NCBI RefSeq assembly: GCF_000143415.4 | Contig: NW_003314497.1 | Span: 1-28,838 of the forward strand | Reading direction: 5' to 3' | Origin: Selaginella moellendorffii | Lineage: Eukaryota > Plantae > Lycopodiophyta | DNA: 28,838 bases | In this document: positions 23,233 to 28,838 of the stretch, one piece after another | Numbering within the stretch: position 1 is the stretch's first letter | How the letters are laid out: each line of letters begins with the position of its first letter | Made by a program: the position numbers and the translations under genes | Notes under the pieces: model-generated | Databases searched by the model: none | What the model was told of the DNA's origin: nothing | What the model saw: only the letters and a program-made list of their open reading frames with translations

Positions 23233-26200
23233 TTTTCTTCAGTTCTAGCGAAGGATAGAGGCGGATTGCTGGGAGATGGCAAGGGCAGGGCGTAAGCGAA
23301 CCCAGGCGGAGACGGAACCTCCGCCGGAGCTAGAGCCTCCGGTTGAACAAGAGGCTATGGATGAGGAATCCTTGCATGAGGAGGACTCTAGTGAGGAAAC
23401 TTCCAAACAGGAGTTCGGTGGCGAGGTTCGGTCGTCCAAGGCTCGATTGGACGTGCTAGAAGGACAGTTGGCACAGACCAATGCCCTGCTGGAAACTCTC
23501 GTACGCAAGCTAAAGCATGACGAGAGGCGGAAGAAAAAGAGAAAGACTACGAATGCTGGCAGTGTAGAAGGTGCGGACCTTTCGGCAGGGACTGAGGCAA
23601 ACCAGACAAGGTCGAACAGACCGAAGTAGAATCAGTCCCTCAGGCAGTTCCCAAGTACAAACCAAAGCCCCCACCGGTCTTCAAGGGAGTGAATAACTAT
23701 AAGGTGGTGGAGGATTGGTTTTACGATATGGAGGACTACTTCCGAGCGTTGCGATTACCGAGCTCGAAGAAGGTCCCATGTGCAAAACCATACTTGGCAG
23801 ATAATGCCAAGTCTTGGTGGAGAACGACAGAGGCCAACAAAGGACCGGTGGCCACTTGGGACATGATGAAGGCGAGGATCCGCGCAACATACATTCCTCC
23901 GAATGCCACTCTGCATCTGAGAAATGAGCTGAGTAGGCTGAAGCAGACTGGAACCATCCAAGAATATGTGAATGGGTTCATGGCAAAGAGGATACTAGTC
24001 ACAGACATGGGGGATATGCGTTCCATGCCTTCATATCAGGTTTGCAAACCTGGGCTCGCGGTGAGGTGATGCGGTGGAACCCGACCAACTACAAGGAAGC
24101 GTTAGATGCGGCCATCAAGGTGCATTTCAACGATAACTTGCGAAAGGGGAACACGACGGGGTCGGGATCCACGTTTAGCAAAGGGGCCAAACCAAGGGGA
24201 ATGTATAGCAGAGGGAAATTCAAGAAGAGTTTTTCTAAGAATGAGTCCTCAGGGTTCCGGAAAGGCAAATCCGGTGGCCAGCGAGCGAGTACGTGGGGGA
24301 GTAAGGCGAAAAAAGACAAACCCACGGATAAGAAGGTCAAGTCGTATAGCAGCGTGGGAAACAATGTATGCTACAACTGCGGTGAAGCGGGACACTTTTC
24401 GAGGGAATGTCCCTACCCGAAGAAGGCCAAAGCTAATATGGCCATCAAGTCGGGTGAAGTCCAAACTGAGGTATGTGATCCAGTCCCTAACTCAAAGTTA
24501 CTCATTACACGAGCAACTTTGGTAGAGAGTCGTTCGCGACATCTACTAGCCCTCCGAGGGAAGCTCGGAGGTAGCTTTGTTAAGATCCTTATTGACACGG
24601 GTGCTTCGGATAATTTTGTGGCTGCAGACATAGTCTGGCAAGCCGAACTAACGGTGCAGCGGCTAGGCAAACCAAGGACTATAGAGTTTGTTCAAGGTAG
24701 CCAAAGCACCGATGAGGTACTTCGACAAGCGAGAGTCGAAGTAGGGACATGGAAAGTAGACATGGATTTCACCGTGTTGGACATGGCGGGATTTGACGTG
24801 ATCTTCGGAATGGATTGGTTTAATCGGTTCGTGGTAGCCCTGCATGGACAAGGTAAGAACCTTGTGGTACTGGCGAATGCCCAAGGAAGAAGATCTAGGG
24901 TGGAGGCCCAGGATCTAAAGGTAGGGCAAAGCAAGGCCAAAGATTCCTGCTTAAACCTAGTGTCCACGAGAGGACAACTCACCAAAGGAACTAAGGCAGC
25001 CTTTTTGTGCTTACTCTCGGTGAAGAGTGACAAAAAGACAGGAAAGGAAGAAGTACCTTTGGTGATCCAGCGGGTGTTGGACCAATTCAAGGATACCATG
25101 CCAGAGGAGCTACCGGCGGGGTTGCCCCCCGCACGACCAATAGAACATAAGATTGAGCTGGTCGAGGGTGCTGAGGCGGTGGTTTGTCCCCCCTATCGTT
25201 TGAACGAAAAAGAACTCAAGGAGCTCAAGTGCCAACTAGAGGAGTTGGTGGACAAAGGGTATGTTAGGTTGAGCAAGTCGCCGTATGGGGCGCCGGTGTT
25301 ATTTGTGAAAAAGAAAGATGGTTCTATGCGCATGTGCATAGACTACCAGTTGCTCAACAAGTATACAAAGAAGAACAAGTACCCTTTGCCAAGAATTGAG
25401 GACTTGTTCGATAGGTTGGGAAAGGCAAAATACTTCTCGAGGATTGACCTAAGGTCAGGATACTACCAGATCAGGGTAGCCGAGGAAGATGTCGAGAAGA
25501 CAACCTGTCGAACGAGGTATGGGAGCTTTGAGTTTCTAGTGATGCCCTTCGGGCTATGCAATGCGCCGGCAACGTTTTCGGCGCTGATGAACCACATCTT
25601 TGTACCCTATCTGGATCACTTCGTGGTCGTCTATATCGACGACATCCTGATCTATAGCGAGACGCTAGAGGAGCATGCCGAACACTTGGCGAAGGTGTTT
25701 AAGAAACTAAGGGAACACAAATTGTATGCTAAAGAGAGCAAATGTGACTTTGCTCAACAAGAGGTAAAGTTTCTCGGGCATGTGGTGGGCCAAGACGGGC
25801 TCAAGGTGGACCCGGAAAAGGTCCAAGCGATCCAGGAATGGGAGTGACCATCAAATGTACATGAGTTGAGGGCGTTCTTGGGGCTATGCAACTAGTACCG
25901 AAAGTTTATCAGACACTATTCGAGAGTAGCCCTGCCCTTAACGGACCAAACAGGAAAAGGGAAGAGGGTATAGACAGCGGAATGCGAGGCAGCATTCTTC
26001 CACCTTAAAGGGAAGTTGAGGAAGGCTCCTGTGTTGGCATTACCAAATTTTGGTAAGGACTTTGAGGTAGACACGGATGCTTCGGACTTTGCGTTGGGCG
26101 CAGTTTTGAAGCAAGACAACCATCCAGTAGCATTCTTCTCGAAGAAGTTGGACAAGGCTCAACGGAAGTTGCCTGCCCACGAGAAGGAATTGTTTGCGGT

Positions 26201-26965
26201 GGTCAAGGCGCTCAAGGAGTGGCGACACTACCTTGGGAGACACTTTAAGGTTTACACGGACAATGTGGCAACGAAACACTTCTTGTCACAGCCCGACCTA
26301 AGAGGGAAACAAGGTCGGTGGGCCAATGCCTTGGCCGAGTTTGATTGCGAGATTCTGTACAAGCCTGGGAAGAGCAACATCATGGCAGATGCGCTAAGTC
26401 GAAAAGCGAGCTTGAGGTTGGCGATATCCAGCGCAACAACAACCTTCTGGGACGATGTGCGGACAGCATATGAGAACGATGGTCTAGCACAAGAAGTGTT
26501 GTTGAGGAATCTAGAGGCGCGGGAAGCTCACCAGAGAGGTGAGCTGCCAACAAAAGAGAAAACGGGTTATGCGGAACGCAACGGACTCATCTATTACAAG
26601 CAAACGAGAGTGTATATTCTAGAAGGGGAATTAAGGAAGGTAGCCTTAGAAGAGTGTCATGACGGACCTCTTGCAGGACATGGCGGAGTGCCTAAGACGA
26701 TGGGCTTACTCAAGAGGAAGTACCATTGGCCAGATATGGCTAAGGACATCCAAGACTATGTAAAGACATGTCCAACATGTCAGCAGGTCAAAGCCGTGAC
26801 TAAGGCTAGTGGGGGCTTGTTGCAAAGCATCCCAATTCCAGATCGTCCGTGGAAATGTCTTACGATGGACTTCATCACGGGACTTCCCCCAAGTGAGGGG
26901 TTTGATGCTATATTCGTGGTGGTGGACCGATTTTCAAAAATGGCACATTTCATACCCAACCACAA

Positions 26966-27065
26966 NNNNNNNNNNNNNNNNNNNNNNNNNNNNNNNNNNN
27001 NNNNNNNNNNNNNNNNNNNNNNNNNNNNNNNNNNNNNNNNNNNNNNNNNNNNNNNNNNNNNNNNN
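26966..27065. other. Assembly gap (100 N)
   Basis: Run of N in the sequence. Confidence 1.
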
Positions 27066-27220
27066 GAAGCTGTTCTTCGAACAAGTGGTTCGAGTGCGGG
27101 GAAGGCCAGAAGAGATTATCTCAGATCGAGATAAGATCTTCACTAGTAGGTTCTGGAGGACTCTCCTAGAACAGTATCGCACCAAGTTGAAATTCAGCAC
27201 CGCCTATCACCCACAGACAG

Positions 27221-27267
27221 GTATGGGGTATTAAGTCAAGTTTGGTGACACTAACACTTCTTGACAG
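27221..27267 (+). other. 47-bp GT-AG intron-like insert in the element C integrase
   Basis: GTATGG...CTAAC...TTCTTGACAG; removal restores YHPQTDGQTERVN. Confidence 0.85.
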
Positions 27268-27685
27268 ACGGACAAACGGAAAGGGTGAATAGGCAGCTGG
27301 AGGATTATTTGCGATGCTATGTCTCGGGAGACCAGACCGATTGGGTAAGTCATTTGGGACTTGCGGAAATGTGCTATAACAACTCACCACATTCGAGTAT
27401 CGGGGTGAGTCCATGGGAAGTCATCAATGGGCGAGCTATTGAAGGTCCTGTGGAGCTCGGCGTGGCCGAGTATCATGGAGAGCTACCCACAGTGGAGGCA
27501 TTCACGGCGGAAAGACTCAACATTTGGAATCTAGTGAGGGATTCCTTGGAACGGGCTCAACAAAGGCAAACCAAGTACGCGAACCTAAAGCGCCGGGATG
27601 TAGAGTTCCAAGCTGGGGAAAAGGTGTGGCTGAACACCAAGAACCTCAGGCTACCAAGTGGGATCAGCAGAAAGTTGACCCAAAG

Positions 27686-27737
27686 GTAAAAATGCATGTA
27701 TTCTTGTAAATGAATTGATCTTGAGTTCCTTAAGCAG
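27686..27737 (+). other. 52-bp GT-AG intron-like insert in the element C integrase GPY/F region
   Basis: GTAAAA...TTCCTTAAGCAG; removal restores KLTQRFTGPYEI. Confidence 0.85.
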
Positions 27738-28511
27738 GTTCACGGGGCCTTACGAGATTGAGGCACGAATTGGTAAAGTGGCTTATCGACTTTGACTTCC
27801 TCGAGAGATGGGGAAGATGCACCCAGTGTTCCACGTGAACTTACTCAAGCTGTACTTTGAGGATCCGCTTCGCAAGGACCAAGTAAGACCTTTACCTGAG
27901 GTTATCCAAGGGAAAGAGGAATACGAAGTCGAGGCCATCCTCAATGCGCGCAAGAGCAAGCGACAAGGACGCGAGGTGAGAGAGTTCCATGTGAAGTGGA
28001 AAGGATTTCCACACTGTGAAGCAACATGGGAACCGGAGGAGAACCTAGTGAACGCGCGAGATCTAGTGGAGGAATTTCTGCAAGGCAGAATTCTATGTAC
28101 TTATGCAAAGTTCAATTAAAAATATCAATTTGCAAAGTTGAGCAAGTGGCATATGTTGGGACCCGAAGGCGCGCCGAAGGTAAGCTAATTAGCATGGGTT
28201 AGCTAGGTCGACCAGGCGTAGGGAGCTACGCCCGACTCCTTGCAGGGATGTCAAATCCGTAGACGTATTCTACGGAGGTTGAGTTCGAGTCCCAACCCCC
28301 TAGTAAAGCAAGGCTGGGTTCAAGTCCCACCCCATACTAGGGCGTGGTGAGGTGAGGAGTATAGGGACACCTATATTCCGTTGTCATGGGCTCTTGGCCA
28401 GGGAGGCTAACTTAGGCACACCGCTAAGTGGGGGGATGCCCCCGGAGACATGGTCAACAAGTCGTAGGATTAAAAGAGAGACGTTCGATGTGGGCATCAA
28501 ACTTCTTCTAT

Positions 28512-28522
28512 GGGTGGTGGAG
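28512..28522 (+). other. Polypurine tract of C (imperfect)
   Basis: GGGTGGTGGAG just before the LTR TG at 28524. Confidence 0.7.
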
Positions 28523-28523
28523 T

Positions 28524-28838
28524 TGTAAGGAACCAACTCACCGAGGTGTCGTAGGCTAAAGGAACCCCAAAAGCATGACCAAAATAACAAAGAGTTCATC
28601 GGATGGGACTAAGTCGAAGATCGAGTCCAAGACCGACTCGGAGACCGAGTTCGAGATAGAGTCCGGAATCGAGTCTGAGACCGACTCGGGGACCGAGTTC
28701 GAGACCGAGTTCGATACGGAGTCCGAGATCCGAAATCGGGTCCGAGACCGAGTCCGAGGTCGAGTCCGAGGTCGGGTCCGAGATTGGGTCCGAGATCGAG
28801 TCCGAGATCGAGTCCGAGACCGAATCCGAAGTCGGATC
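28524..28838 (+). repeat. 3' LTR of element C (partial)
   Basis: Matches 22073 onward with roughly 11 substitutions in 315 bp by eye, mostly C/T or G/A transitions. Confidence 0.95.

Larger units (their letters stand above)
23276..28119 (+). pseudogene. Element C gag-pol (gag, CCHC knuckle, PR, RT, RH, INT, chromodomain) with frameshifts, premature stops and intron-like inserts
   Basis: VEDWFYDMEDYF; [14 protein letters not shown]; LIDTGASD; [10 protein letters not shown]; VDTDASDFALGAVL; CHDGPLAGHGG; CPTC; TMDFITGLP; EYEVEAILNAR..FHVKWKGFPHCEATWEP. In-frame stops at 25845 and downstream. Confidence 0.93.
22073..28838 (+). mobile_element. Element C: chromodomain Ty3/Gypsy retrotransposon nested in A, related to B, 3' LTR cut by the window end
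   Basis: LTR, PBS, gag, PR, RT, RH, INT, chromodomain, PPT, LTR in order. The expected TSD is CTTGA (22068-22072). An assembly gap lies inside the integrase. Confidence 0.92.

Noticed and set aside
10844-28119. Host chromodomain genes
   Set aside because: All three chromodomains are integrase C-terminal domains typical of chromoviruses.

Overview
Eukaryotic, transposon-dense DNA, most likely from an early-diverging land plant. Lycophyte/Selaginella-like is my inference from uniformly 47-64 bp GT-AG introns, chromodomain Ty3/Gypsy elements and a Tat-like remnant with protease followed by archaeal-type RNase H. The left part (1-~7778) looks like the right portion of a Mutator-like (MULE) DNA transposon. 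It carries a 4-exon minus-strand transposase (WRKY/GCM1-type zinc finger plus D-D-CxxH-E core). Divergent from it is an apparently intact 11-exon gene (~1100 aa by manual splicing) fusing a ParB/Sulfiredoxin-like domain to a beta-class (N6A/N4C-type) DNA methyltransferase-like domain. Between the two genes lie 6-7 regularly spaced palindromes (GTCGGTTC-N6-GAACCGAC), and four TTGACT boxes at exact 10-bp period sit at the putative right end. The rest is a nest of decayed Ty3/Gypsy LTR retrotransposons: a Tat-like remnant D (7779-10471), chromovirus A (3' LTR 10472-10832) split by full-length chromovirus B (12909-20434, TSD AAAAT/AAAAC) and by chromovirus C (22073 to window end). Element C has two precise GT-AG intron-like inserts in its integrase that are absent from the homologous sites of A and B. 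All domain calls come from motif recognition by eye; no database search was run.
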